This document shows, piece by piece, positions 26,757-40,400 of a stretch of 64,000 nt of DNA (the stretch's first letter is position 1; the number at the start of each line of letters is the position of its first letter). The DNA lies in NCBI GenBank assembly GCA_964187785.1, contig OZ076416.1, positions 42,904,001 through 42,968,000 on the forward strand, written 5' to 3'. The notes under the pieces were generated by a model that saw only the letters and a list, made by a program, of their open reading frames with translations, was not told where the DNA came from and did no database searches. Position numbers and translations under genes: made by a program. This DNA is from Amphiscolops sp. MND2022. Lineage: Eukaryota.

Positions 26757-29480
26757 TGTTAATAGTATGATTGGAGGGAAACGCAATGGTTTTTAAAATA
26801 ATTTATGAGTTTGGTGCAATTTTATAAAGCATTCGAGATAATCAGGAAACCTTTGCTTAATACAGTCGTTGAAGGTTCGTCCAAGCGAGATTCCATTTTG
26901 TTTTACTAAATTCTTGACTTTTGAGACTGAGTGAGACAAAGAGTTGGTAGTTTCAACTCACTTGTATTCAGGAAAGTTAACGAAAAAATGAATTTACAAA
27001 ACAAACATCAAACGTTAATGATTATCTCTCGCTGAAATACAAAAAACGTGACTTTTAACTGGAGAAGTTGTTCATATATATTAGGATTCTTGTTTCTAGC
27101 TTCGAAAAATGCAATGAATTCCATATATCTTGAAACTCCCTTTTTCGGAGCTTGATTACAAGTTATATTCTCCGGAGAGTCTTTTGCTGAGCATTTCAAC
27201 CTTAACTTTTGCCAACGCTTTAGTTGGCAAGTCAGTAGTAATTTCACTGGTTGGACAAAACTCAACATCCAAGTAACCAATTCTATTTTTTTTGTATGAA
27301 GCTCAACTTGATTGCGAAGTCGTTCACTTTCTAGGGAGTCACTGTGTTTTTGTTATCGCGATACAAGCTCGATTGTCCACAAGTATCTTATTAGGCTTTT
27401 CCGTGTCTATTTCTTTCTCGTTTGCAAGTCCTTGCAGAGACGCAAGTTCTTGAGAAGCTGCCAATGACGATATTGGTTCTGCCTCAGCTGTTGACTTAGT
27501 AGCTGAAACTTAGAACTTCAACACATATCTCCTGATTCTGAGTTTAAAAAGAAGCAAAAACCACTGATTGGATTCTCATTGTCTTAACAAATCCTGGTGA
27601 CTGATATGAAAGAAGTTCTTCCTCTAAACCTACGTACAAGTAGGCAGTTTTCATGTCTAACGGTTTCAACTTCATTTCTACTTGAACTGCCGAACTCAGC
27701 AAAACTCGAAGTGTTACTTTTTTCACAGTCGTCTACATGTTTGATCGTAGACAACACCTTGTTTTTGTTTACATTCTATGGCTGTGTATCTCGCTTTGTG
27801 CTTAATTTCTTTTTTACTTTTTCGCTTGAGGGCAAATTGCCACTTACTTGTTACGAAGTTTTGTTCTTCGGGCATTTCAACAAGTTCCCACACTTCATTT
27901 TTCTGTAAAGATTGGTTTTCCGATTTGTTCGATGCCACTCAGGAGAAAACGTTTCTTTAATGCTTTTCGGTAATTCTTGATCAACATTATCGCTATGGTA
28001 TGCAAGCCTTTCAATTTCACTGAAATCAGACGAGCCTAAATCGTAAGACACATTGCTGCTTGTACCTGGGGTATATCTATCGGGCGGCTTCACTTTTCTT
28101 TTGTTTTCAGTCGTAGTATGCACAGTCGAACTATGGGGTCAAATTGGTGTTTTTGTCTCGTCTGATCTGTCAATAAGCAAAGTTTCTGCATAAATCACCA
28201 TTTTGCAACTCACATCGCGTATCAAGTTTTGTGTATCGGCGACTGATTCTGTGTTTTGCAACTCTGTTTCACTTCCATTTTGTTGAGTTCGAAACAAAAT
28301 CCATCATCGGTTTCATTGTTTGCGAAGTGTGTTTTAATTGGAAAACTAGTCTCTATGAATTTAAAATAGCGGCAACTTTTCGTGATGAGTTCTGAGCCAT
28401 CAAAAATCTGATCAAATTTGACCTGAAATTGTTGCTATAGTCAAGAAAAAACATTTAAAAGCTATACTTTCAAAAATGTTTCGCTTTGGTTTCTTTAAGT
28501 ACATGAATGCTTAACACCCAAAAATCCCAAAATGAGACACAATTGGTGTCATTTCAAAATTTTCTCAAACGTTGTCTTGCCATGAGCAGAGTGAAAGCAT
28601 CGGTTTTAATGAGCATTGCTCGGTATCCAAACCACCAAAAAGATTCAGGTGAATCTGGACACCTAGCAATCGCGCCGATGGTTCCCCTAACTTGTTCTAT
28701 TCTACCGTTTTGTTTCGGAATGTATTCACATTTAAACTCCTGATGGATTCCTTGCTGTGAACAAAGGTCCGCAAACTTTCCAAATTTGAATTCTTCAGCT
28801 TTATCAGTACAATCTTTCTTGTTTTTTTTCCAGCTAAATGTCTTCTCCAGGCCATACTACTCAGTTAAGGATCAAGAGATTGCTCAACACCAATACGCTG
28901 TGAGAGATCCGAACCTGAAACAACATCAAAACGAGCCTAACGCTATAACCACTACACCAATACGCAGTGAGAGAGTTCCGAACCTGAAATAACATCAAAA
29001 CAAGCCTAACGCTATAACGACTACACAGAAAAGAAATAAATTTAGAGGTAAAATAAGTAGCACACACTCTGTTATTGAACTCTCTGGAACACCACTCTGG
29101 TACTCCAGAAACATCCAAAATTGTCCAAAAAATGGTAAACCGTTCGAAATAAAAATTTTGTTCATTCAGGCATAATTATCAGAAAATCTAAATATTCTCA
29201 CTAGATGAACATGCTGAAGGGCTATCAAGAATTTTTTTATTTTGAAAGATTGGGCTGGCACATACGCTGGGAACGTCAAAACTCTTTACCAAAAATCGGG
29301 TAAAGCTTTGACAATTTGGAAAGTCATTATAAGTCGGCGCTTCATGGAGTGAAACGCGACTATAACAGTGTCTATTTCTTTCAATCCACACACGAACCGA
29401 CCAAAGGATTTCTGAAAAATTTTATGACGTCAAATTGAACCACTTGGCTCGGGAACTGAAGCAAACAATTTTCTTTTTTT
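26757..29480 (-). mobile_element. Decayed Copia element (unit 3 copy)
   Basis: Homologous to 16306-19040. Confidence 0.88.
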
Positions 29481-30761
29481 TTCCGCGTAACACACAAAAC
29501 TGAGCGAGACTAAATGGTCCCCCTTTCAGTTTTTTATCAGCATTGTGAGACTTTCATTTCGGAATTTTTTTCTCCAAGGTATCCCTTCAATTTTTTGGTA
29601 ATTTTGCAACATAGTGTATGTTGGAAAACCCGAAAGGGCGCGCCAATTCGATCCAACTTCTGGGTTGTTTGGGTACTGTAAAAGAATACTTGACACATTG
29701 AAGTCCTTTTGCGATTTCTGAACCTTTGATGTGGCGCCGACTTATGCCGTTCCCGGCTTGTTCAATTCTCTCCATGCATTCCTTTGTTTTACTATTATTA
29801 TTTTCGTTTTTAAACTCTGTGGATAGTCATGTCATATCAACGAAAACAAACTGACATGTAACAAAAATAGCACAAAACGATAGCGCGGAAACTGCCAAGG
29901 TTTAACTTTTTTTCAGTGTCAGAATAATTCGTGAAATTGAAATATCAAAAACTGCATCTTTTTTTCAAAAAGTATGCTGAGAAGTTATTTATCCAAAAAT
30001 TAGACAACTTTAGAAGCTTTGGCATTTTTGCTGTCAGTTGGAAGAACTTTTCACAAAAAATCATATCTTCTCTTCTACTAAAAAGTGTCTATACCTCTTC
30101 CATGTCAATTTCGCCAGAATGAAATTGAACTTTGCCAAGATGAAAATCAAGATCGCGTGAACGAATTTCAATTTGGCTTTCGTGAAAAAGTTTTTCGCCA
30201 ATATGAAACTGAATTTTGCCAAAAAAGAAAGTGACTTTTGCCAAATTAGAGTGTGAGTTGTGTTGAAATTGGGTTTCTCTATGGCGCAAATGAATTTCGT
30301 TCATGCAAAATTGATTCTTTTTGGCAAAGTTGAGTTGCACGTTGGCGATTTGTTCAGGCGGAATTGACATTCATTTTGGCAAAATTCAGATGGAAAAGGT
30401 ATAGTAAAGAAAGCTAAAATTTCAAATTCCTCTCCAAAGAAGTGCGAGGTAATTTTGTCTTCGTTGAATTTTTTGAACGTTTCAACTCGCGAATACTCTT
30501 GAAAATTGTACAATTATGAACGATTTCAAAATTCGAAATTTTGGACGAAAACTTTTTTTACAAAACGCGGCTTTTAGTAATTTTCTTCGCCATATGGAAA
30601 TATAGGCGGAAAAGGTGTTCAATTCTCGAAGTTTTGAGGATATAGGAGGTGTGTAATCGATATTGTTGCCAGATGTTTTATAGGAAGCGCGATTACCGTT
30701 AGCTCCATCTGTGTACCATGTGCCGTGATGAACTCTTCTGTAGTTTTGTTAGTCAGAAAAT

Positions 30762-31241
30762 GGACCATGTGATCTATTTCCCCCCCAGGTACACCTTGTT
30801 AGGAATTCCCCCCCCCCCCCAAAAAAAACGAAAACGGCTTTTTCACAAGTATATTAATTATTGAATGAATAAAACAAGTTGATATGCTTACAAATATTAC
30901 CAAACGCGTGAATTTAAACTTCGTGGCAAAAGACCCAAATTTTTTAAATGCTGAATGCAAAGTTCGTAGTTTTGTAAATATGGAAGTATGTCCGTTTGGA
31001 AGCACATTTCAAAGAATAATGATTGATTTTAACTGTCAATCAATGTAAAAGATATGATTATGTCGACATCAATTATTTTATTGGACTAAAATTTCAACGC
31101 AACGATGTCGACATAATGGTATTTGACTATTTAAAATGTTATGTCGACATAATTTATTCGTTTAAAACTAGTATTTAAACCTACTGTATTATTTCCCCCC
31201 CCCCCACCGCAGTTTGGGGGGGGGAATAGATCACATGGTCC
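30762..31241. mobile_element. MITE (unit 3 copy)
   Basis: Same TIR and TSD. Confidence 0.9.
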
Positions 31242-32285
31242 CAGAAAATTCATTCTTGTACCGAATACTTGATATCCCGAGTTTTATATGAATCCGGATT
31301 TCATGTTTTATCCGAATTTCATACGCTATATGATATTGATGTTACACACGAGTTTCCTGTTAGATCGGTTGGTATATTAGGACATTTGAAATTTGAAGCA
31401 AGTTCCGAATACTGCTGCCCAACGGACGGTGTAATTACTAACTTTTTATCAATTTTTAAAAATATTTCAATTCGATTTGTCAAAAAATTACTTTAGTTTG
31501 TACTTTCTCCGTCTAAAAATTAAGTTCATATACGTTTTATTCAACGGTGAGCCATTTTAGACCTTCCTCAAGCAGCAATTTTTTGATACCAACCAAATTC
31601 ATTGATAATTGATCCAACTTTTTCTTTTTGAAGGAAATCACAACAAATTGCTGCTGATCTTGAGCTAATTATTCCCTCAAAAAGCTTCGAACAAAAAATA
31701 GAATTGTTGCTTTTCAAATCAGCTACAAACCGTCTCAGCAAACGCAACACCTGCAAACGTCTCGAATTATTTATTGTTCTATTTTTCTTTCCCAACAGAT
31801 GAAATCCAATCTAAAGCTTTCTGTGTATCATTGAAGTGTTCCTTAGGTAATCCATGCAGCAGTTAGGAATCAGTGTTGCTCCAGCCGACGTTTTAATAGA
31901 CCTTTCAAATCACTTTGAAGCAAAACAAAACACGTGATTAAAATATTGAGACGATATTTTTCAGCTTTTCGTTGACTTGAGATAAAACTTTATGCTTAAT
32001 TTATGCTATCGATTTTTAAAGTGATTTGATCTGCAAAATTTTGTGACGAATATTAACTATGATAATATGAGCAACTCGCGAAAACTACTTAAAATTACAT
32101 TTCACCAGACAGTAGCCAAGCAGCCACAGAGACAGCAACGTAATTAAATGCAGAATTCTAACGAATGCTTTCGTTATGAAAAACTTGTGATTTGATTGAG
32201 CGCACAATTGTTATTTTTTAATACATCTGTCCAATATTATTCAACTATTTGACGACCCACAACAACAAACGAGCCGAAGTTGACC

Positions 32286-32402
32286 ATGTTTGCCAAACCT
32301 ATCAATGCCTCGGCTTCCAAGACCCCAAGAAACAAGAAAGCTTTGCCATTCTCCAAACCCACTTTACCTCATATGAACAAACCACTTCCAGCTGGAAAAC
32401 AG
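32286..32402 (+). CDS. Putative first coding exon of an uncharacterised small basic protein
   Basis: accATG after an in-frame stop; 39 codons MFAKPINASASKTPRNKKALPFSKPTLPHMNKPLPAGKQ; phase-0 donor CAG|GTAAAT. Confidence 0.5.
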
Positions 32403-32827
32403 GTAAATGTTGTCCTCAATTTATCTTTACCCGGCGAATAAAATGCCGACACCTCACTATGATTAGGATTCAAATATTGTCGAACTTGATAAACTTCAAG
32501 CTGAGTGATAAAACGCATTAGCAAATTCCAATTATCATTTTGAACATAGACGATAAAAACTTGTCATCCAAAGAACTCCAAAACATCCGTTCTTTGAACG
32601 GACGAACTTATACGTATCATAACTCTTAGAAAAATTCATTTTGAGAGCATTCTCTATCCATGATGAAGAATCCGTCATTAAAATGATTAGCACTTTCAAA
32701 AGCTTAATAACCTTAACATGTCATGTTTTCTATAGATCACATCATTTTTTAACCTATAATTTCATGATCATATCATTTTCCGGCTGTGAAAGGTCCCTCC
32801 GAAAGCTGGGAAGTCGGTCTGTTTCAG

Positions 32828-33028
32828 GAATCGCCAAACAAAAGTTTCAATTGCAAAGAGAAGAAGAATCTCCTCGGTCCTTTCATGACCAACCAGAAAA
32901 ATATATGCGGTGCCATGTGGACATGGCAAGAAGGACTCACGGAACACAAAAAGCAGAATCTGGGAATAGGATACGCTGATGTTTATGCATGGTCTCACAA
33001 CTACGTGCAAACTCCAAGGACAACTTAA
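32828..33028 (+). CDS. Terminal coding exon A of uncharacterised protein
   Basis: Candidate acceptor gtctgtttcag|; ESPNK...KKNLLGPFMTNQKNICGAMWTWQEGLTEHKKQNLGIGYADVYAWSHNYVQTPRTT*; paralogous to exon B with mostly synonymous differences. Confidence 0.72.
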   Translation, partial: ESPNKSFNCKEKKNLLGPFMTNQKNICGAMWTWQEGLTEHKKQNLGIGYADVYAWSHNYVQTPRTT

Positions 33029-34033
33029 GGACTCAATCATACAAAACAATCAAGACATCTATCTCAATATATCTCTGAAAAGGATGCACTTTAGTAATAA
33101 GTAATGATAAACTCAAACTGTTTTTATTCATTTCCTATGTTCAGAAAAACCGAAGTTTGGAATAAATGCTTCCGTTGATTAAGATTTTTTAAACTCTGAT
33201 AGTTGTTCCACGGTTAACAGAATTTTTGGAGTAAAAAAGCTGAAATACTGAGTTTTGTGATCTATGGAAAACATGGCATGGTTATTAACTTGAGCTTTTG
33301 AAAAATTATAATTTGCTGTAGTGATTAGGGTTTCCACCCTGGTTCTAGATTAACTACCATCAGAACTTCCTATGCTTAGACAATATTTCAGTTGCAAACA
33401 TAGACAAAGAAAATTGAATTTTAAGAGCAAAAGCGCGACTGTTTTTTCAGTTGGAATTGAATTACACAATATGGATCCCAAAAACACACCGTATTAAAAG
33501 TTCAAAGGTCAAAAAACAAAACCCCCAGGAGACACCGGGGCATTTTGTGCCCATTTCATCAAAAACTCGTTTCTGACTCCTAAAAAAAGCTCAAAAGTGA
33601 ACCATTAGAACTCTTTCTTGATCCATATATTGCAAAACACTCAACTACCAAACATTCAACTACCCTTTGATGGAAGAAAAAGTTGTCATGAAATTTGAAG
33701 TCGCAGAGTGCCAGAAAAATGCACGATGGAACGCTTCATTTTTTCTAGATTAGCTTAAGATCATTCAACAAAATGTTCACAAAAAGCAAAAAAAACACAG
33801 AGGGCAAAGTTCCAAACTCCGACCTTCCGAATGGTAGTGAGTGTATCAAACCACCCGGACAACGGTAGTGAAAATGACCAGATCACAATTGGTAGCGTCA
33901 TACGTTCAAAAACTTCAGAACTGAACGAAATGAACCGATTTGCTTTCATAAATGACATGGCGGACTATTACGAGAGAACTAAATATACTTTAGCTATATT
34001 TGGCAATGGGCTATAGAAACTTTTGACAAAATT

Positions 34034-34117
34034 GGAAGCTCTACTTTTCCGCCCATGTTCAAATATTCAAAATATTGAAATTGAATATTTGAACATGGGC
34101 GGAAAAGTAGAGCTTCC
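34034..34117. repeat. Perfect inverted repeat, 37-bp arms, 10-nt loop
   Basis: ggaagctctacttttccgcccatgttcaaatattcaa / ttgaatatttgaacatgggcggaaaagtagagcttcc. Confidence 0.95.
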
Positions 34118-34861
34118 TATTTTGAAATTCTTCTTAGAAAGTTAACAAGCCATTAGCTGCATTATCCAAGTAGATATTTCCATCATCTCTCACAAGACAG
34201 AATTTGCCGGGCTCGCATTCGCTTTTCGATGAATCTATTTTCACAATTTTTTGAAATCTGTCCGTAGAAACCGAATACTTATCAACTTCTTCCACGAGTT
34301 GGCAGAACCTTCGAATTTAAAATCAACTGATTTCAATGTGGCTCCTTTCATGACATATGGCCTCAAAACCTCATTTACGGCCATCTTGACCCAAGGGGCT
34401 TGGGTTTTCGACCCCTGTATTTCACGTTTTGGTTTAAAAAATTAGTACGTCTTTTTGAGTCCAGTTGCTCAAATTTATCAGCAATATTCATGATAGAGAG
34501 AGCGGAAAGAACACGGGTACAAAAAGGCAATGTCCAAAATAAATGACAATGCAACAGATTGTACATCCACAAGCAGCAAGGATATTATAGTTTTAGAAAA
34601 CTTGTGTTCTTTCTGCTTCAAAATTAACTTAGATTTGCTCAAAAATTCTGTGGAAAAACAGCTACCTCAGGCTTTTAACAAACAAGTGGATATAACAAAT
34701 TTTCGATGCTGTCTTGTTTTTATCAGAATCAAACGAAAAAGCACTGATGAAAAGTAAACACCAATTTCTCGAAGAATCAACTTTCACACTTACAGCATCT
34801 GAATCAAACACAGGGCACACAATGCTGCAACTAAGACTTTCTTTTACAAAATGTTGTTCAG

Positions 34862-35074
34862 GTGTTTCACGTCTCCGCTGACAAAAGATACAATGCAGCA
34901 AAGGACAAGAAGAACCTTCTGGGTCCTTTCATGACTAATCAGAAGAACATATGCGGGGCTTTGTGGAACTGGGAAGAAGGACTGACAGAACACAAGAAAC
35001 AGAGCTTGGGCATACCACCCGCTGATGCATATGCATGGTCACACAACTACGTGCAAACTGCCAGAGCTACTTGA
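34862..35074 (+). CDS. Terminal coding exon B of uncharacterised protein
   Basis: Acceptor tgttgttcag|; VFHVSADKRYNAAKDKKNLLGPFMTNQKNICGALWNWEEGLTEHKKQSLGIPPADAYAWSHNYVQTARAT*. Confidence 0.75.
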   Translation: MFHVSADKRYNAAKDKKNLLGPFMTNQKNICGALWNWEEGLTEHKKQSLGIPPADAYAWSHNYVQTARAT

Positions 35075-36069
35075 TCTGCTACCAAAAACGAATCTGCCAT
35101 ATCGCCAACATATTAAACGTTCTTACATTGCCATTAAATTTGAATTTAATATGATAATCATCCTATAAACTTTTTGGTTCGTTAGGCTATCAGGACGGAT
35201 TTCACGGCAACCAGAGAAACCGCGAGCAACTGTTGATGTAGTTGTCAGAAGCAGAACCTAAAAAACAATAATGAGCCTCCAGTAGACAGAATCTTAAACA
35301 AGAAAAAATGTTGGCACAAATGAACGAGTTGATACGCGAAAAAGATATCCACGCGACGCCAAATTAGCTCATTCATGTTTAAAACAAAAACTGACGGAAA
35401 AAAAATTCCAAAACCGTCATCACGCGGGTATGAAAAACGATACTTCATCTCAATTCGTTTCCAGTTTTCTCAAGAGCAATTTCGAAAGAGAATATTGATC
35501 CACAAAGACATTTTTAACGCCTAAGACAAGAGTAAAATTTCTCGAAGTTTCAAAATGCTGAAGCTGTCGATTTCAATAACAAAGAACCGCCATGTAATGC
35601 CGAAAGGGCTTGGCTTCTAAATTCGAAAATAAAAAAACTCGTCTTGTAACGGCTGGAATTGTGGCTAGACCTTAACATCATAGCAAACCTTATTCATCAG
35701 TTGTGAAAAAATGTTTCTAACAGCTTTGTGTCGAAAAATAGGCTTCGTGTCGAAAAAATTCAGACTTGAATAATATTCCTGCTATCACAGAAATAATTAT
35801 GTAATTAGAGCAAATCATGCAATAAACAAATTATTCGACACGAAGCTTCAAGAGGCATTTTTTCACAACTGATGAAAAATGTCTGCTATGATACTGAAAT
35901 CTAGCCGAAATCCCAGCGGTTACAAGGCGAGTCCTTTGATTTCCGAACATCACAGCGAAGTTCATCTGGAAAATCAGCTTCAGTAACTTATTCGCTGAAG
36001 AAAATTTATAATCCTTTGGCATGTTAGAAATATATTCCAGCAGTATACGCTGACAGAAAAAAAGTAATC

Positions 36070-36545
36070 ATTCAAAAGTGCCCGACTCTTACAGTGGGCA
36101 CTTTTTTATAAGCGTAAGGTACACTTTTTTCATTTGTTTAACCTGAACTACACATGTTCAAAACATACTGGATACGTCAGAACCTCGTCCAAAACAAAAG
36201 TTGGTCTTCCCAGTTAACCAGCACGCTATATCCGATTTTTTTCGGCACAACACGACTTCTTCCCAATTTGTTTTTATCGAACCCCCCTCGATTTTTACTA
36301 GAAACGAAACGCTTTGCGGGCATAGAGGACTCCTTAGGGTTTTCGGCACTATGCGAAAAAAGTAGCTTTTTTCCGTTTCCAGTTGGGAAAAGTGGTTCCT
36401 GAGCCTTATCGAACATGAAAGGCACCCTTTGGGCGTTTCGAAACCGTTTTCTGAGTTTTTCATGAAAAGATCCGGGGCATATTTTAAAACTTAGCGCTTT
36501 TAGAGCCTTAGATGTAGCGCCCACTTTGGACGTTCCCGTCTTGCT
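36070..36545 (+). mobile_element. HINE family 1 copy (diverged)
   Basis: Ends gagccttagatgtagcgcccactttggacgttcccgtcttgct. Confidence 0.6.
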
Positions 36546-37430
36546 GGAAATTCATGAGCTGCAGTGCTAACTGCATCTCGAGTGATGGAAAGCAAGCGGT
36601 GAAAATTGACGACTAGAAAACGGAAGCTACGCAGGCGCAAATTTATACACGAGAACCAAGTTGCTCTTACGTAGCTCCAAACTAAATCCGTAGGTCTTCT
36701 ACAACCGACAAAACACAAGGTGCAGATATGACGACAGGTTCCATCACTGAAGGAAGAGAAAAGACTGTCTTTCACCGAATAGGTTCACCATGAGTTAATA
36801 CTTTAAAACATATTTACTACCATGGGTCTAAAATCCCAATTTTATCGATTTAAAATTGTTTATGGCCACTTTCAATGTAAATTTGCATTGACTTTTAAGG
36901 ATTACTCTACTTTAAATTTTTAGGTTGAGGATGAAAAAAAAACAAGAACAGACTCACAAACGTGGCAATTATGGAAGAATCAGAAGACTTTCCGTAGATA
37001 TTAGCATATGGCTTCATGGAAATAAATGAACTCCAGAGAAATGTTGCCCAGAATTTTGAAAAAGAAACTATTTGAAAGTTACTGCAAAAACGACCACGTC
37101 AAGTCTCGAGTCTCGAAAAGCATATTTTTTCTCTTGATTTGATGCTGAAGAAATTCCAGTTTCAATTGCAGAAAAAATCTTGGAACTTTTTGGGGTTGTT
37201 TTGGTTTCTATATTGATTGAGAATCCTTTCGGAAGATGAGAATTTTCTTTTCAATGTAAGTTCCGTCATCTTACAAATTAGAAATGGGAAGGGAGACCCG
37301 CCTAAGACCTTCTGTCTGTAAGTTTCTGTGGAATCTTGAGCTCACTGGATGTATGGATAAAAAGTATACCATAAATATTGAAATCTTGGGTACATCTGCC
37401 GCAATTTCTACAAAGGGTGATGAAATTTTT

Positions 37431-40400
37431 TTACAATGAAATGTTTTCTAGATGCAGTCGAGGCACATCCAAGGTATCACATATTGCGTCACAGAAAACT
37501 TGTTCGGCTTCGTTCAACTCAATCTTGGATCGATTCTCCAGCTTTTTCTGACTGATTTCGCTGCCGCCTTGAGAGTCCATCTGCATGACCAACTTGGATT
37601 TAGCTATGAATTCTTGTTTTTCCACGCCTTCCGTCTTGAGAAAGTCAACCAGCCGTGAACAAACTTCATCCGTTTGTTGAACAAGCTCTTCGTACTTGAT
37701 GGCCAAAACGGGAATGCCCAGACCTATAACAGAGATAACAAATTATTAGAGTGCCACATTGCTGGGAGATTTTCCAAGTCTCTCTGAACAAGCCGGGACC
37801 GGCCCAAGTCGCCGCCATATCTAAGGCTCAAAAATAGCAAAAGGACTTCAAAATGTCAAAGTATTGGTGAATTGGGGACCATTTTATGAAAAGAAAATTT
37901 TGAAAAGTCTCAATGCCGAAAAAACGAAGGAGGGTCCCTTTGGGATTTTTCAACATCCATTCTGTCGCAAAATTTCAAAAAAAATTGAAGAGGGGACCCT
38001 TTGGGGATTGATTTTTCGGAAAAAATGTCCTACAATGCCGAAAAAAAAACACACGTGGGATCCTTTAGTTTTGCCCGGTATTGTATGTTACGCGGAAAAA
38101 AGAAAAAACCTTTTTGATTCTGTTCGCTAGGTCAAATGGTTTCAAAATTTTGTAGATCTTGTAGAAGTAGAACTATTTTTGTCATTTCAGGTGTATCGAA
38201 AAAAAACTTTTTAAAAAAACACTGACGAAAAGCCACGACTATAGTCGGCTCTTTTCAAGAGAAGCGCCGACTAAAAATGAAGCTTCGATAAAATCAACAT
38301 TTTGATCTATTTTGCTAAACTTAGAGACTGAACCAGTTAAAAGTTTAGCTTAATCGCTTAAAAAAAACGGTTAACCGGCATCAAAAACGTTCACCAAAAA
38401 GGTTATTTTGAGCAAAAAAATTGTTGCGATGAATCGTTAAATTGAAATTCAATCGAATTTTCATACAACAAGTAGCTTACCCGAACTTTTGATTTGACCA
38501 AAAATATGACCGAGGCTTTCCAAAATTCTGTCTGAACAAGCTGTGATAGCTTTTATTTGTTCTTCAGTTTCATTTTTAGATCAATGTAGGGAGCATCCGT
38601 TCATCAATTGGGCTCGGATCTAACTGTTAATGAAGTTTTGCTTTAACCGGTTAAATTTTGTTAATGATTTACGAATTACTTAACCGGTTAATCGGTACAG
38701 GTTCTAGATAGACTGCATATCAAATGACGCATTTCGCTCAGTTCCAAGAAAAAAGTAACTGCATACATTCAGGGTATAAGTTCCAGATTCACTAGATGAC
38801 AAATTGGAACCGATTCGGTCAAAATCTGAGTTACGGATTTCACTTGAATTTTCACTTCAATTAGTTTAATTTTACCAACTTTTGGCATGTTTGAAATCAG
38901 CACAAGGTACTGCCCAGTTGAGAGTCCACAGAGCAACCAGAGGAAGAGAGCGCACGTGTTTTTCATTCGTCATTTTCAGTAATTTCTCGGGCTGTTTTCT
39001 GGGTAGCACTGAGAACATGGCGGGGAAGTGCATGTATCTGCAGGCACAAAATTACACCCTAAGAAGCCTTTCACATTTTAGCTTTTTTCAACAAAAAACA
39101 TTAAGCTAATTGCAGTATTTCTGGAGAGGAGAGGAAGAAATAAATAATTGTAACCAAATTAATTTTTACGAGCAACAGGATTGCTGGTTAAATCAAAATT
39201 AGAGCTTATTGAACTTGAGTTCTGGAACACGAATTTTTCCGCTTAGTTCGCCTTATAAGTGCATCATTTTATATTTTTGATAATTTCGACAGAAATATTC
39301 GCAACGCGCATTGCATTTTTGTGAAAAACTACGCACTAAAGTAACATCAGACCTGGAACTAAACGTAGATTAAATTTTCATTTTGTTTCAATCATACGAT
39401 TGGGAAACATTCCGAGTAATCAACATAGCTTTTTGTTTATAAATTCGAAAAAGGCGAAAATTTTCAGCGAAAACTTACTACCACGACTGCGCAGCCTCAG
39501 ATCAACAGAGATGACTATAACGTTAAAATGTTGATTTGATTTTACACATTTACTTTTAAAAAGTGTTGGATCTTATCTCTTATCTGAAACACCCTCTAAA
39601 TTTCACAATCCGAAATGATGTGCACCTGCTGATGGGTGTAGCCAATAGTCGCAATGGCATCTCTGTCACCAGCAACATCTTCCACCAGAACTCCATGGGT
39701 GCCAGACTCATGAACGACCTCTCCATAGACTGCACCGACTTCAACCCGTCACGGTACAAAAACAAGTGCTTCACCTGGAAGGTACAAAAACTAACTAAAT
39801 AAATAATCTTTTGAATTCAAGAGCAAAAGGCAGGTAAGATGGTAAAAGACCCACACACAACTAAAGATAGTTAGCCATATTTGTCTCTTCATCGGAAAAT
39901 GGGTTAACATAAAAAGACATACTACGTCGTATCAGATCTGGGGCAAATTCAAACAAAAAGACGTCAAAAACATTCCCAAAAAAGCAACTTAAAATTTCAA
40001 CAAAGAGGTTTTGAGGAGAGAATTTTGTATTGCCTATATACATACATTCACAATCCACTAATCGATGAGTTTTCTGAAAAACGAAAATTTAGACATCAAT
40101 CATTCAACAAAAAAGATAGGTTATTTAACAAGCCACTACTAACAGCACGAGTCGGTCCTCCACATTAGGCTCAAAACCTCAAGTCTTTTAAATAAGCTAA
40201 AAACCTCTTTTTAGTCGGCGCATTTTCCTTTAAAGGAAAAATGCCCGAATCTTACAGTGCTCTTACAGTGATCTTTTTTTCTCCCGACCACAGACCTCAC
40301 ATTGAAAGGTCCACTTTCTACAGAAACTACTAAAATTACTGAGGCCAAGTCCGGCCAGCGGAAACTTAGTGCATTTTTTAGTCGTCGCTTTTCTAGTGAA

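Larger units (their letters stand above)
16049..31951. repeat. Tandem triplication: units 16049-21476, 21497-26479, 26500-31951 joined by a 20-nt filler
   Basis: Homologous ORFs at offsets of 5448 and 5003; unit 2 lacks the 459-bp block at 19590-20048; scattered private substitutions in each unit. Confidence 0.96.

Noticed and set aside
16049-31951. Mosaic gene conversion among the three units
   Set aside because: With three copies every difference appears private to one unit, so conversion cannot be inferred by eye
33761-34901. Short ORFs between exons A and B
   Set aside because: No recognisable motifs or splice-phase support; probably intronic or decayed repeat sequence
38769-38966. Minus ORF MKNTCALFLWLLCGLSTGQ resembling a signal peptide
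   Set aside because: Alternative frame of exon 5; the spliced frame (YMHFPAMF...) fits the intron phases
39563-39802. Plus-strand ORF with apparently biased codons
   Set aside because: It is the antisense shadow of exon 4 of the minus-strand sulfotransferase-like gene
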